A stretch of DNA of 63,647 nucleotides, the filler included, from Intoshia linei (lineage: Eukaryota; Animalia; Orthonectida), in NCBI GenBank assembly GCA_001642005.1. It is 6 parts of 6 records of this genome, joined end to end, with 100 filler letters (N's around TTAATTAATTAA, not from the genome) between each part and the next. Parts side by side here need not be neighbours in the genome. Positions count along the whole stretch, not along the records: positions 26,842 to 39,144 come from LWCA01001103.1; positions 39,245 to 52,151 come from LWCA01001048.1; 4 more parts are not named here. One strand, 5' to 3'. This document shows, in pieces, positions 26,842 through 40,787 of this stretch. The position numbers were made by a program, and so were the translations under genes. The notes beneath the pieces are model-generated. The model made no database searches and was not told where the DNA came from. It was given only the letters and a program-made list of their open reading frames with translations. The first letter of the stretch is position 1. Each line of letters opens with the position of its first letter.

Positions 26842-26896
26842 TATATATATATATATATTATATAGTATTATATACAATACATTTATTTAAATCTAG

Positions 26897-29800
26897 CATG
26901 TGGATAACACTAAATACGATATTCAAATCGATTACACGATAGATAATAATTTCCAATTTACGTTAATTAGTGATGGCATAAAATCGGCGTGGAATAATAT
27001 AGACACTCATTCCGTATATGAAGCTATTAACGTATTTGCTATTACTGACTGCACTATGACGTACGAATCACATATTATACCCGCAGCTCTACCACCCGCC
27101 TGCGGAAATTTGCAATTAACCACAACTATGAATACATGCGGTAATAGTAGAATTTTACAGAGTCAAACCTCAATATAACAAGTATCAACAAAATTAATGT
27201 TCGTTAAAAACCAACAAACATTATTTTTTTTTTTTAAAAAATAATTTTTGTAATGTATTCTTTGGTATATTATCTTTTGCAACTTGTAATCCAATTAACC
27301 CTTTTAATTTTTATCAAAAAAAATATCCTTCTATTTTATCTATGTATTCAAGCTTCCATTCGACTAATATTTTTTGATGAAATCTGGAGATATTTTTTTA
27401 GAGTGTAATGTAATCATGTATAATATGTATCTATAGTCACCATTTTTAACATATAGTTTAATATATTGAATTTTATGTACAACTTTAAATATTTCTTTGG
27501 AACAAGATAACATAATCAAAATATTATAATTGATAATAAAATTGATAATAAATATATCAAACTATTCAATATTCCATAAATTTTCTTCTATATTAATTTT
27601 AGGGTAAAATAGGATAATAAAATGGGTAAAATTGTATTATATAGGATTAACATCGACTTACTTATGTCTACCAATTAAGAGGTGTAGGCAGGTTTATCCG
27701 CGTATTGGTTAAATGAAGTGTTCGTTAAATTGAGGTTTTACTGTTCTTAATTTATAATCATTATCATTAGAATTAAACAATTAGTGTTTATTAAAACACA
27801 GTTCATTTTTACAATATAAACAAGTAGTTTGACAGTTTTCCAATAACTTCCGTCGACTGATTGTTTTAATTTCACCAAAAAATTTCATATTCCATTACCA
27901 TAAAATATATTTTTATTGGGAAACTTTCTTATATATCAGAGAAAACGGGTATTATAGGCCGTGTTTACATGAATATGATAACAATTTTAGTTTGGTGTCC
28001 TCCTGGAACATTCAAAGCTGCGGGTACTTGTACTGAGTGTCCAATAGCAACATATTCCAATGGAAGAACCGCTACGTGTACACTTTGCACTAACGATTAC
28101 ACGACAATAGGAACAAATTCAAAATCTATTGAAGATTGTCTACGTAATTTTAATTATTTAAAATACTAACATGTATATCTTGTATCTTGAATATTATGTA
28201 TATCGTACAAAGGTAATTATTCATATTAATTATATTACATTATTTTATTGATACTTAATTTTATTTTTTTTATGAATAATTTTCATATTTCATTCGTTAA
28301 ATCAAAACTATTAATACTTATACATATACAATATTGGTACATTTATAAGTTAGTTTTTCATGTTGAATATTAGATTGTATTTGTAATTCAAAAATATTTC
28401 AGAAAGTCTCATCTGTTAATTTCAAGTGTATACACCATTATATACACACACATATACACCATTTAATTATATAATAATTTATTTAATTAAATGGTGTATA
28501 CGTTGAAATAAAAATTTTTCTTTGTTTGTACCGGAACAATTATTTTATTGTGATGTAGGACGAGGCTTAAAATCTTTTAGTAGTAGAATTTACATTTTTA
28601 TTTTTTTAACATTACTATTGTATATTTTCTAAGTAAAATTAATAAGTTAAAAAAAATTGTTAAAAACCCCCTTAAAAGTTTGGTTAAAATAATTAACGTA
28701 TATAAAATAATTTTAAAAACAATAATTATTTTATATTTAATTTAATTTTGATTATTATTTCAATAACCCTGAAATGAGAATAAATAATTACATATTGTAA
28801 ATATATTTTATGTAAAATTATATACATATATCTTATGGAGACCGGATAATTCGAAAATTTGAAAAACCGGTTATCGAATAATTCCAGTTATTTGAACAAC
28901 GATTATCCGATTAATCGAAATTCAAAATTTTTAACATAAAAACCAATAATCCTTACTTATATAATATGCTACGCGATTTTTGTTTGTGTGTGTATGTTCC
29001 ACTTTATTTAAATAACTACCCGTCTTAGAATTTCATAAAGTCCACATTTCAGTGACAGTTTTTACCGGGGGTGTTCGCAAAATAAATTTCAACATCCCAA
29101 AATCACATCTTATGGGTTAAAAACCCCAATTGTTTTTTTTTTTGAAAATCAAACAAGCTGGAGAATTTAAAAAAAATATATATGCTGATGCAGATTTTAA
29201 AATTATAAACATTATCATAAATTTCAAAATAATCTTCAGGGCCAAAACTCTAAATTACTAAATTTAATTAATGTTAACAAACAAAAAATTAAGATGAAAT
29301 AATTCACTTTAAAGTAAAAAGTAATGTGATTTATGACTTCAATGATATATTTATGAAATTTTTGAAAATCCGATTATTCAAAATATATTTTTATTATTTT
29401 TCTCCGATTATTCTAAGCGACTAACCGGGTTTACGATTAATCGATTAATCGGATATCATTCCCTAATATATATGTATAAATATAAATTTATATTCCCATT
29501 TTTTATATATTTTTTGCAATAAATCCATTTTAAAGTAATTTCTGTTATGATTTAACTTTATTATTAGAATTTGTTTTTTTATAATTGTAGGTCTGGTTTG
29601 AAATTAAAAATTAAAGGACCATTGGGGTTTTAACCTTGAATGACTAATTTTCTGAAATTGAAATTTGCGATTGAAAATCTATCTGGAAAAACTGTTATAT
29701 AAATATGGAATTTGTAAAACTTGACTCCCCTTATTTTCTTAAATAAATTGGAACAAATAAAAACAAATAATAAAATAAACAATCATATATTTTTAACTAT

Positions 29801-32800
29801 TTTACTTTAAATAAGTAAGGATTATAGTTAATATATTCTTATTAATATTGCTTCGTTCATTATTTTCATTAATATTCATATGGTAAAAATAATTGTATTA
29901 TATATACTATAAATATCCGATCTATTAGAATTCATATTGTACATAAACCACAGTATATTCAAAGCACTTTAAACGTATAGAAAATGAATTGAAGTTGTGA
30001 AATCGTATGACCAAAGTATTTTCAATTTTATCTCTATAGAAAATGGTACGATAGACTGCTGGGCAGCCCCAGATCATAAAAATGATTCCTACCGGTGACG
30101 GTATATTTCCCGTGCATACCACTCGTAAACGCAAACGTATAAGGTTTGATATAAGTAATATTACAGAGGTAAATTATAAGCACCCTTGGTTCTTAGAGTT
30201 GTGAGCACTCTAATCTACAGCACAATAAAATAATACAATTTTAAGTACATAATAATAGTGTTATTATGACTAGTCTGTAGAAAATAGTTTAAATTACTAG
30301 TAAAAATAGTTTTTTTAAAAATTTGTTTACTAATAAATTTTTTAAACTTGGCACTATTATATATTTGATATGTTAGTGCAAACATAATTGTCACAAAAGT
30401 AATAAATATTTATGACATCGCATAAAAAATTATAATTTACTTTACAGTCCTACACTTATCTTTATTAATACGATTTTGATAAAAATTATCAAAACTTCTA
30501 AAACCAACTAGTAAACTATTTTCTACATACTACCTATGACCTACTACATATGCTTTAGTTTTTAATAAAATTTTTATTTAATTTGTTTAGCAAAATGTGT
30601 ACATATAAGTATGGTAGGGAACGGCATTCAAGATTGTATTTTTTGTGCAGAGAACGAGAAGTTTATTACCGACACTAATGTGTGTGAAACATGTACAGCT
30701 GGAACTAAGGTACATAGAAATCCAACAGAATGTACACCACAGTGTTTACCAGGAGAATATTCGGATAATGGATTCACAAGTTGTGTTTCATGTCCAATAA
30801 GTTATTACCAAAATCTATATGGTTCAAAGGAATGCATCTTATGCCCTTCAAATTCAGTTACTCTCGTTGTTGGAGCCAATATTGATACATTATGCGTGAT
30901 TGTAGGAACTGATTGTAATATATTATTTTTATTTAATTTAATATACATGCATTACCATTGAGCAGGGTCTACTCTCTAACTATATTACATTCTAATGAAT
31001 ATAATCATTCACGAGATATTAAGATAGTAAGTAAAAATTTTTAAGTTTAAGTAAGCAATTTTTTGTAGTCCTAAATATATTTAAATATACTAAAATTTCT
31101 TATCTCTTAAAAAGTTGTCGTTTCAGTGCGAACAATGTACATTATAAAATTTACATATTTACATTACTAGGGTGTGATATTTTTTAAAAATTTGGTCATT
31201 TATTTAGCTCTAGTGTAGATTTGGTGTATTCATGAAATATGAATATAATAATTGTATTTATTTTAAAAACAATCGTCTATTCGAGTTGCGCACACCATTT
31301 TAACATTGTCACATACAAATATTAATGAAAAATTGAAACTAAACTTTAATTTACTAAATTTGATGCAATATTACTTTAATATTCGTTTCGATAGCTCTAG
31401 TGCGTTTGGTTTGTTTACCTTATTGGTTATATTTTTTATTTTTTAAAATTAATTTCTATATTTATTATTGTGGATTTTACGAAGGTTAACCCTAGAACTA
31501 CAAGCGGTGGTTATTTTAACCAAGCTAATTTTATCTATACAAGCCAAAAATAATTTACAATAATAATTGTTAATAAAAATTAAATAAATGCTATTTCACG
31601 ATAGAATTAGTATAATCGACAATTTATTTATTTAAAAACTATTCATATATTGAACGATAAGTTAAACGTGAAATAAACCGTAAATTTAAATTTCAAGTTT
31701 GAATATGATATAATTAGTCCCTAATAGTTTACAAAGTACCTAAAAATCCAAGTTAAAACTGAAAAACTGCAAAATCAACAAATATTACAAAATAAAAACA
31801 TTTTATTGTGTTTACACCAGAAAATCTTTTCCAGAGAATTTATAGCCGATTTACTAAATTACTAAATATTGTTTCAGTTTATAGTCAATTCATTATTAGT
31901 TTCTACCTCAAATCCAACTTAAAATTTTAAATATAGCATAATTTATAATAATACAAATGTAATATAAATGAGTGCTTTCATATGTCTATTAAATTTTTTG
32001 GGAATTTACCTTTATTGATTGAATATTTTAAAACTGACCAAGTACAATGTAAGTACATTATATTAGTACATCATATGTATTTTTGAATAGAAATCACGAT
32101 TTTAAAAACCGTTTTCTAAAAATATTGTTAATGAAGTTGCGCTTATCAATAAGTAAATAGCAAAACATGGCTAAATTTGAAAAATAGGAAAATTTAAAAT
32201 AAATTTTACAGCCTAATGCAGTGGTTTTCAACCGGGGGTCGCCAAATTTAATAGTAGGTTGTAAAAATTTGAACACTGTATAAAATATAAATAAAACTGA
32301 ATATGCTTTTTTAATATTTTAATTTATGTGAATTGATAAGATGTTTGGAGTATATAGAAAATTTTTGGGTCGCGAAATTTTTTTATGTTTATAAGGGGGT
32401 CGCGAACACAAAAAGGTTGAAAACCACTGCCCTAATGTGTATCTTGTTATAATTAATGGACGTAGTGTAGTTCACTACATCATACTTTTATAAATCCGAA
32501 AATGGTAAATTTGCAAAAAATTTAGAAAAAACAATTCACTGTTTTTAAACTGAACAGTTCAATTATGAAATTTTAAGCGACTTTTCTGTGGTCATCGTCT
32601 GTCGACACGACTATTATAATTGCATATTATATTTTTTTCGGGTGGCCTCGCGGTTGGTAGGCTTAATTCTGTTTTCGCGCTCCATTATGTTTAATTAGTT
32701 AACATTTAAGTGGTTTTAGATAATTTATTATATTTATTTTTATTATTTAAATCGTACTATTATAGCTTGCCCAGCGATTTGTTCAACAAATTGTAATATA

Positions 32801-35800
32801 GTTGGTAATGTTCCAACATGCATCACTTGCCAACCTAATGAAAATGGTCCCAATTGTGAATCATTTGATTTGTGCACGGTAACGAATTGCAATGGAGGTA
32901 CATGTACAAGTACAGGAAGTGTCTTTACATGCAATTGCGATGATACAAGTAAAATTTATGAGCCTATTTTATTTCTTTAGTGTTTAGTGGTATAAATTGT
33001 GATGTATACGAAAACAACTGTTTGGGAGTTATTTGTGAAAATGGTGGATCTTGTCTGAATAAATCAGTTGGTTATACATGTCTTTGTATAAATGGATATA
33101 GCGGTACACAGTAATTAATTTATTATTATTTATTCAAATCATAATAGCTGCGCAAACCCTGATGACTATTGTACCATAAATTCAATTACATGTAGTGGTC
33201 ACGGCAGTTGCTTTAATTATGCAATTCGAGGTGTTTGTAAGTGTAATACAGGATATGAAGGCTCACTTTGTCAAAATTACGTAGGTATAGTTTTGTTACT
33301 AGTCATAACAGTATTAGATTACTTATTACTTTAATATGAATAATCAAATACTTTGAAATAATAATAAATAATCATTGATTTAATATTCATTTAAGGTCAA
33401 TGTGCAAATGTATATTGTGAAAGTACCAATCAAAAATGTGATGAAACAAACGGACAGTGTAATTGTCTCGATTCATATGAAAATGGCGGTGAACTTTCAT
33501 GCCTGCAGTTGACAGATTATTGCAGTGCTAATGGTTGTGGCGATGATTTTTGTCTATCCAATTATGTGAATAAGAAATTTTATTGCATTTGTCCGACAAA
33601 TTATTTTTCAAGTAATTTCTTATTGATTGAGCTGTCAATATCCACTCAATATTGTCCATCTAATTATTAGACATTTAATTAGACTAATCTCGTAGGTAGA
33701 TATTACGATCTAATTGAATTGAAATAGTTAATTTCGTTAATACGCAAATAGCTTAATCCACTTAAATTATTGTTATTAATAATAACCATAACTTATTATT
33801 ATTTATATAACTAAAATGACTAAAATAAGTGAAATATTAAAACCAGTATTGATTGTGTCTTAGGCGTCACATTTAAAAAACTTTTAAAGAAATATAAAAA
33901 AATTACAATTGATAAATTATTTAAAAAAGTGATAACCTAATACTAAATCTGAAAATGACTTATACACGAATGTGCGTTGATCAATTATGTAATTATTCAA
34001 AATATTAGTAAATTTTAGTTTATTTTTATAATTGTAACGATAAGTTCTGTACGAAGGAATCTGGAAGATTGTACAAGTTAAAGATTTCGAAGAATTTATT
34101 AAATTATGAACTTATATATAAAGTTCACTTCTCATAGTGATTATATCACTACAGTAATTTAATTTAAAAGTTTCTATAAATTGATCAGTAGGATTCTACA
34201 ATGTATATTAAAAATTTGAAAATATTTTTGAGAACCCCGAATATAAATTTCATTTTTTTGCACAATCTTATTATTATTTTCAAATTATATATTAGAAATT
34301 CATTTATATTACACTACTTTTTACATGCTGTAGAACTATATATAATAATAAATAATAAATAAATTTAACTTATTTTTGAAAAATTTTATATTAATGTCTT
34401 AGTTTGAATTAGTTTTAAATCATTAATTTCTAAATTTTCAATTTCCCCCAGATGAAAATCACTGATATACAGTATAATCTCCTGTATTTGATCAAGTAAA
34501 TACTGTTTTGTAAATACGGCAATACGTAAATTTCTGAGTTGAACTAATAAACTAACAAAACATTTTGTATGAGTTGATAACTGAAACTGAAAGTTATATG
34601 ATTTTGTATTAACAATGATAATTATCAATGATTATAACACTGCCCAACAAAATAACAACTTTCTTGAGGTGCAAGAATAAAATTTAGTGCACCTGGCAGA
34701 TTTTTATTCTGAACAAGACGGTATAATCAGTGTTTCTGCATCACGTCTAAATTTTTTTTAAAATACGCCTAAAGTTCGAAAAGGCGCCTAAAATGGACAT
34801 ATTTGAAGGTCAATAGAAATGTTAAATAAACTACATATATGGATTATTATATATAATTGGAAAGGGAAAATCTTTGCGTTATAACTTACGAAATTATTAA
34901 CAGAATTGAATACTATTGAACGAAATATAGCGGAATATATGAAAAAAATATAATTATAATATTCAATAAGCAAATAAATGTTAGTTTATTCTACATGTAT
35001 AATATAAATGTATAAGTTAGTTTTTTATTTTTTATTGAATATATATAAAAATAAATAATTAAATATAATATTTTTTATTAAACAAAATATAGTATGACAT
35101 TAATTAATATATTATATATGTATGATGCTACATAAAATACATAGTTGACGTTTCTAATTGTGTTTAAGATGGCTTTGAAAACCCCCTATTTTTGACATTT
35201 TTGCAAATTTACCGTTAATTAAAGAAAAATCTGGACGTGATTGAAAAATAATATTGTTATAGCTTTGACCAGTTCATTGAGACGAAAAAGATGATTTATT
35301 CATGATTCATTATTACATTACATATTACATTATTGCATGTTTTTGGTGTTGGGCAGTGTAATCATTGAATAATTTATAAAACTTATTTAAATTAAAAAGT
35401 TATGTAAATTAATACTTATTTATTTTATGTAATAATTAATTGATTAGAGCCAGTAACATATACTATTACGAATCAACCACTAATAGAAACACATTTTAAT
35501 GATGGTGCATGTGTGAGTGATACTTTGTGCGATCCTAATCCTTGTCAACATGGATCTCCTTGTATACAGATTAAACATGAATTTAGTTGTGACTGTTCCC
35601 AAACTGTATATAAAGGAAAACTTTGCGACGTATTAATAAATAAGTGCAAACCAAATCCTTGTAAAAATGGTGGCGTCTGTTCTACCCTTAATGGTGTTTA
35701 TATATGTGATTGTGAAGACAATTACCTTGTAGCAGACGATTGTCAAAGTATAAAAAATTTTTGCACCCCAGACAGTTGTGATGCTACTGGCAGTATTACA

Positions 35801-37372
35801 AATGGATGTATCGAATTAGATTTCATTTTTAACTATCAATGTACCTGCAATCTAGGATATTATGGCCAAGATTGTTCTGTAAATTTATATTATTATTTAA
35901 TTTATATTTGTAAAAGTGTTTTTTAGTATAATATAATATATTTACATTAGGGTGATACAACATTGAAGAATCGACTGAATTTAGAGTATGTTGGGTAGGG
36001 TGTTTACTTTTTACTAAGAACAAAAATACAGGGTTATACAGGATGAGAAAAATATTGTATATTTTATATTCAAAATTTGATCAGTAATTGCTAAAAATTT
36101 TTTTTTGTCATAAACGTTATATAATTAACATAAATCACTTTATGACCATCAGCTCAATGAAAAAATAATTATTATTTTTATATTCCAATCATATTATAAT
36201 TTTTTATGTTCCTCTATTTTATCTGTAAAATTAAAAGAACCATCAAGAAATGTATAAATAAAGGTTAACAGAAGTGTAGGTTAGCATCATGTAGATATCT
36301 TTGAGAAGCAACATGTTTGAAAAGCCTGTAATTCTTATATAAAATCTCACGGAAATTATAAAACCGGACATAAGGCCGATGAAATGTTAATGCAGGCAAA
36401 TTCGTAACTGTTGAACCCATACAAGTTGTATTGTTGTAAGTTGTATCATATAACCATTAAAAAAGTTTGTTGCATCATATTGATTTTTTTGCGCTGTTAG
36501 TCGTCCTACCATAGTTCACTCCTAAAAAGTAAACCTTTCCACTTATATTGACATTAACATCGTAAAAAAATTAATTTATACTATTTCTCAGTTTCTTTAC
36601 GAGGTGAATTAACAACAATATCATAAATACTGTAAAATATCTACAAAAATTAGATGGGTTACATACATTGACGATGAATTAGATAAAGACACCGTTAATC
36701 GACTTGAAATTAATCATAACCATAAAAAATAATATATATTGTGAAGTCGGTAACGAGATTAATCGTTTATAGGTTGACATTTATTGTAATAAGAAATATA
36801 CAAAATATACAAAATATACAAATTCAAATTTAGGTTTTCAAAATCACATTTTCAATTAGAACTATTTATACTGAACTTCTTTGAACAGCAGACTAGCAGA
36901 TGTGCACAATAACATACGTTATTGGCACTACATATATAAATTTCAGTTCAAAATATTATGGGTATTTTTAATTAGCAGAGCAGTTCAATGTTTTTGTAAT
37001 AATATTAAAAACAAACACTACTTCATTTTGTTCTATATTTTAAACATTCTCTATGTACCATCAATAGTGACACTTTTGATAAAATTTTTTTATCTTGTGA
37101 AAAAATTTTCAAATGTAAAATGTAAATGTATCACCCTAATTTATAACTTAGTAATAATTGATTAATAAAAAATCACTAGAAATCATACAACAAATGTCGG
37201 GCGAGTCCATGCTATCACTCTGGAGTTTGTAATCAAAATGCCATTGATTACACCTGTGGCTGTGTGTTACCATATGAAATCGGCACCCAATGTGAAAACG
37301 CTAATGATTTTTGTCAAACCAATACTTGTGCTAATGGGACTTGTAAAAATTTGTCTAATGCATATTTTTGTA
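26897..37372 (+). CDS. Partial large extracellular protein with GCC2_GCC3 (ephrin-receptor-like Cys-rich) repeats followed by tandem EGF repeats (SVEP1/Uninflatable-like architecture)
   Basis: Exons at ~26897-27140, 27991-28143 (CPPGTF..CTECPIATYS..CTLC..TT..SKSIEDC), 30591-30915 (CLPGEYS.NG..C..CPISYYQ), 32766-33612, 35448-35878 (CDPNPCQHGSPC, CKPNPCKNGGVC) and 37180-37372. Both ends are cut by or near assembly gaps. Confidence 0.85.
28950..29340 (+). mobile_element. Non-autonomous Helitron-family copy (5' part), nested in a MITE-like element (~28834-29464)
   Basis: A^TCCTTACTTATATAAT 5' terminus; body homologous to 43745-44020 and 58083-58460. The flanking element has repeated cgatta motifs and ends ...ttcccta. 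Confidence 0.65.
32219..32429. mobile_element. hAT (Charlie-like) MITE
   Basis: TIR cagtggttttcaacc / ggttgaaaaccactg, subterminal gggtcgc motifs, 8-bp TSD gcctaatg/ccctaatg. Confidence 0.88.
34033..34153. mobile_element. Probable solo LTR (121 bp)
   Basis: TG...CA termini with imperfect inverted ends tgtaacgata/tatcactaca and near-TSD ataat/gtaat. Confidence 0.45.
34638..35358. mobile_element. TIR element (MITE)
   Basis: Inverted ends cactgcccaaca / tgttgggcagtg; the inversion extends into flanking tcaatgatta/taatcattga. Confidence 0.65.
35948..37138. mobile_element. hAT-like non-autonomous element filling an intron of the EGF gene
   Basis: TIR tagggtgataca / tgtatcacccta; near-TSD atttacat/atttataa. 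Confidence 0.65.
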
Positions 37373-37451
37373 GGTTAGTTATTAATTTTATTGTCAAATA
37401 AACATGCATATAAAATGTATATAATGCAGTTTTCGCTTGATAATTGCATAT

Positions 37452-38975
37452 TAGGGTGTGCACTTTTGACATTTTTTTTTTGAATTTCAAAAAGTATATT
37501 TGAGTGCAGATACATAATGTTATTTAGAACACAATGACGAAAAAAAATTTGAAAACGGTCGTGATTTCCTAAGGCAAAAAATTTGTACTTTGAAGTTTAT
37601 TTTTTTTAAATAATTTTAAAATTATTAATATAAATTATTTATTATTATTTATTTATATATTATTGNACATTGAAAATAACAAAATAGGTTTTTATAATTT
37701 TATTTTGTCTGGAATTTATGCTATTTTGACAAAATTTTTAATGAGTGTTTTTACTTTATTGTTAAGATTATACAACTCATTCTGTCTAATAAATTATCTG
37801 TTTTTACTTTATTTTTAATATTATACACACATTCTGTCTAATAAATTAAAAAAGTTTTAACTTTATTTTTAATATTATACACACATTCTGTCTAATAAAT
37901 TAAAAAAATGGGATAGTAATTGTTTTTAAAATTCTTTACGCAAATGTTAACAAAAAAAATTAAGATGAAATAATTCACTTTAAAATAAAAAAGTAATGTG
38001 ATATAAGAGATTCCACTTGAAACAAATTTGGGAACCACTCCTTTAAAGGATTATAATAGTAATAGTAGTATGTTGTAGTGAACTTATTTTTTTGGTATAA
38101 TAAAAGAGTGCCTTTGGCAGAACTAGGTGCTGTTTGTACGTAGTACAAAACAGCCATATAATAGTATATATTATATAGTATAAAATAGTATAAATATAGC
38201 TAGTATAAATATATTGTAAAATGTATATTTAGTGCAATTGAAATAAGTGTAAATGTAATGGAAATTTTATTGAAATATAACAACTGAACTCTACAGTATG
38301 TAGTAGCTGAGTATTAATTTAATATAGGTCAGTTAAAGAGTAGCGTAGAGTCACAGTTTTTATTTCAACAATCACAAAATCCACATTATACAATTGAATT
38401 GTATATTTTTAAGAAACTAACAGTAATTTTTATTAGAAACAAAATTAAATTAATGATAGATAACATTTGTTCCTGCATTAGAGATACTACGGTGCCAATA
38501 ACGCAAAAGATTAGCAAAAATTCAGATATGTCTCAAGAAGGTAGCATAATTATATGCTGCGCTGATAAAGATTTGGGATTAGCACAGAAATTACTGGGTA
38601 AATTGCCAAATATTTGACGAAAATAAAAAAAATTAGATGAATTACGAAAGCTAAATAAAACTTTCATTATGAGTCGAATAAGAAACGAAAAATCAATCAA
38701 TGTCAGTTCCACAATCGTTGACTGCAAGGTAATAAAAATTATCATAAATATAAAAAATACAATAAAACTGTTAACAGAGTTCATATTACATCTATAATAG
38801 GGTATGCACTTTTGAATTTTTTTTTTTTAATTTCAAAAAGTATATTTGAGTGCAGATACATAATGTTATTTAGAACACAATGACCAAAAAAAATTTGAAA
38901 ACGGTCGTAATTTCCTAAGGAAAAAAAGTGTACTTTGAAGTTTACTTGTTTAAATAATTTTACAATTATTAATAT
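37452..38975 (+). repeat. Two ~180-bp direct repeats (37452-37635 and 38798-38975), probably transposon ends
   Basis: Near-identical tagggtRtgcacttttga...aaagtatatttgagtgcagatacataatgttatttagaacacaatgac...ttcctaagg. Confidence 0.8.
37668..38157 (+). mobile_element. Helitron-family copy (3' part)
   Basis: Homologous to 44228-44748 including ~51-bp tandem units; terminal hairpin gctgtttgtac-gta-gtacaaaacagc at 38129-38154. Confidence 0.7.
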
Positions 38976-39244
38976 TAGCTATAAACATGTCTAAACTCAC
39001 TCTTCGAGTTCATGCATTCTGCCAAACTCGTATTGTAAAGTGAAAATTATAAACTATGACATGTAATTTTTTTTACTATTTAGTCTATTAAATCAAAATT
39101 TCAATTTTTGCATGTTGAAATATATAAATAATTTATTTTCAAAANNNNNNNNNNNNNNNNNNNNNNNNNNNNNNNNNNNNNNNNNNNNTTAATTAATTAA
39201 NNNNNNNNNNNNNNNNNNNNNNNNNNNNNNNNNNNNNNNNNNNN

Positions 39245-40596
39245 TAACGCACTTACAGTAAATATTCGTAAAGATATAATGATTTATAATAAAGTTACTA
39301 TTAAAAACGACTTAATATATATCTCTCGAAAATAAAGACCCATTTGAACTTAGCATTGATCAATTGAATGATGAAAACTGCATAGAAATTCTAAATTTCT
39401 TGGAAGGAAAAATCAATACAATTAAAACCGAAAACACACTAAAGAAATATGTTGATATTATTGAAAAAACCTTAAACAAAATTTTATTTATAAAAAATAA
39501 AAATAAATCAAAAGTGATAGTTTCACTTAGGAGTATAGAGAAATTACTACAAAACTTCCACACCTCAAAAACATCAAATCATCCTGGCATAAACAAAACC
39601 TATGAAATCATAAACTCATTCTACTTTTGGCCTCATATGCATAAAAAAATATAAAAGATTTTATAGGTAAATGGCATAAATGTAATATTGGTAAATCAGA
39701 AAACAACCCATGAAATCTATGTCAAGTAATAATTTCAAGGATATTTGGGAAATCGATTACCTGGGTCCACTAGAAGAAACCGAAAATGGAAATAAATATA
39801 TTTTATCAATGATTGACCATTATAGTGGCCGGAAGCAATGGCAGTACTTGAAACCACTGAAAAATGCATCCTTGAGGCAATAATCAGTAGATGGGGAGTC
39901 CCACAACAAATGCACACAGATCAAGGGGTGCAATTTGAAGCAAATATTTTCAAAAACCTATCTATACTTTGTGAATTTAACAAAATCACTTGCTCTGCTT
40001 ACAAACACAATAGTATTGGTAAGATTGAAAGACTGAATAGAGATAGATAGATAGATACCTGAGAGATAAAATTAGAGTCAACACTAATAAATTTGGAAAT
40101 AACTGGGATAGTATTTTACCGCTATTCATGATGTCTATTCGAAACACGCTGACGTCAAAACATTGTATGTCTCCTGCAGAAATAATTTTCAATCGAAAAA
40201 TCACATTACCTACACACGATCTTAATGAACCATTGTCAAAAATGAACTGTTAATGAAAAACTCTAGCAAATATCAAAAACGTATGGTTTTTTTACTATGA
40301 CAAAAAAGCGTTAGAAAAACCAAGTGAACACAATAATAATTTTGAAATGAATCACCCTATCATTACTAAACAACAACAAATTTATAGACCCAAACGAAAG
40401 AGAAACCGTCCAAAAAGATTCGATGAGTTCCAGAGCTATGAATCTGATGATATGCTGAATCAATTGGGGGAATCGTAACAAGGAAACTTGTTAACAAATT
40501 AATAAAGAAGAACTTTATTACGAAATCAATTATCAACTTGTAATATATTTTACATTTTACAAATAAACATTCTTATTTGGACCTCGACTTGTTACA
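39245..40596 (+). mobile_element. Degenerate Ty3/gypsy LTR retrotransposon 3' end: integrase pseudogene, polypurine tract and 3' LTR
   Basis: H....HPGINKTYE...YFWP zinc-binding region, LGPL..T.NGNKYIL..IDHYS, WGVPQQMHTDQGVQFE, GKIERLNR, with frameshifts. PPT ggggggaa-like tract at ~40466-40472. LTR 40474-40596 with gtaacaag/cttgttaca inverted ends and AATAAA. Confidence 0.88.
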
Positions 40597-40787
40597 CATT
40601 GATCATACTTGTACTTTCAAACCAACTTTGCATGAATTGTAATTGAAAAATTACTACACTACTTACAAAAAATTGTATATTCAGGTACATCCCAGAAAAA
40701 TAAAACTCGATCGGTATCCCTGAAAACGTTTAATTTAATTTGTTTGATACATTTATATTAATTTATTTACTTTGTTACAATTTGAAA

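Noticed and set aside
32639-32685. GC-rich gggtggcctcgcggttggtaggc resembling a tRNA/SINE A-box
   Set aside because: No B-box or cloverleaf follows; cannot support an RNA gene call.
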